DNA of 63,096 nucleotides, filler included, from Octopus bimaculoides (lineage: Eukaryota): the NCBI RefSeq assembly GCF_001194135.2. It is 4 parts of 3 records of this genome, joined end to end, with 100 filler letters (N's around TTAATTAATTAA, not from the genome) between each part and the next. Parts side by side here need not be neighbours in the genome. Positions count along the whole stretch, not along the records: positions 60,901 to 63,096 come from NC_068981.1; 3 more parts are not named here. One strand, 5' to 3'. This document shows positions 62,634-63,096 of the stretch, piece by piece. Position 1 is the first letter of the stretch. Each line of letters begins with the position of its first letter. Under the pieces are notes generated by a model, which saw only the letters and a program-made list of their open reading frames with translations, was not told the origin of the DNA and searched no databases. The position numbers and the translations under genes were made by a program.

Positions 62634-63096
62634 GGGGGGGGCTGATGGAAGCTGTTGTGGCAGTGGTGGTGATGATTGTGTTAATGGTGGTGGCGATGGT
62701 GATGGTGATGACGGTGGGGGTGCCAATGGTGGTGGAGTTAGAGGCGGTAATGATTATGGTGGTGGAGGTTTAAGTGGTGGTGGTTGTGGAGGTGACAGTT
62801 GAACGCGCTGTACTTGTAATCACGATGGCGGAGGCAATGCAGAAGCTTGCAAAATTAATGGTAGTTGTAACAGTGAGTTTATGATAATGGTGGAATTTCT
62901 AATGATGATGATGATGATGATGATGACAATAATGATGACGATAATTATACTGATGATGATGACGATGACGATGATGATGATGATAATGATAATAATGATG
63001 ATGACGATGATGATAATGATGATGATGATGATAATGATGATGATGATGATAATGATGATGATGATGATGATGATGATAATGATGATGATGATGGTG
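62634..63096. repeat. Degenerate (GGT)n then (GAT)n/(GATAAT)n triplet microsatellite
   Basis: Direct reading. Confidence 0.9.

Noticed and set aside
62634-62802. Gly-rich ORF resembling a structural protein
   Set aside because: Degenerate (GGT)n microsatellite grading into (GAT)n, next to a gap, with no splice or start context.

Overview
A 63 kb, AT-rich, microsatellite-dense animal genomic window from a gapped draft assembly. It is most likely octopus; this is inferred from the tRNA-derived SINE families, repeat density and N-gap style, and was not checked by search. There are no prokaryotic features and no complete or recognisable host gene. Most of the window is transposon debris: three tRNA-SINE families, many short RTE 3' ends, two CR1-type 3' ends, a Tx1/L1 fragment, Penelope-like elements (a Neptune-like GIY-YIG ORF, a decayed near full-length Naiad-like element and two smaller remnants), mariner and maT remnants, hAT-, piggyBac- and Kolobok-like MITEs, and Helitron pieces. 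There is also a decayed initiator tRNA-Met copy. The best second-look items are: (1) several hammerhead-ribozyme motifs in Penelope termini, one at the apex of a ~100-bp-arm palindrome; (2) a nested palindrome with a central TTAGGG dimer; (3) a sharp CpG-density step near 48 kb, together with small minus-strand exon candidates, suggesting a cryptic methylated host gene to the left; (4) in-window evidence for LINE-SINE tail sharing and modular SINE assembly. Almost all listed six-frame ORFs are microsatellite, N-gap or repeat artefacts. All family assignments come from remembered motifs, not database searches.
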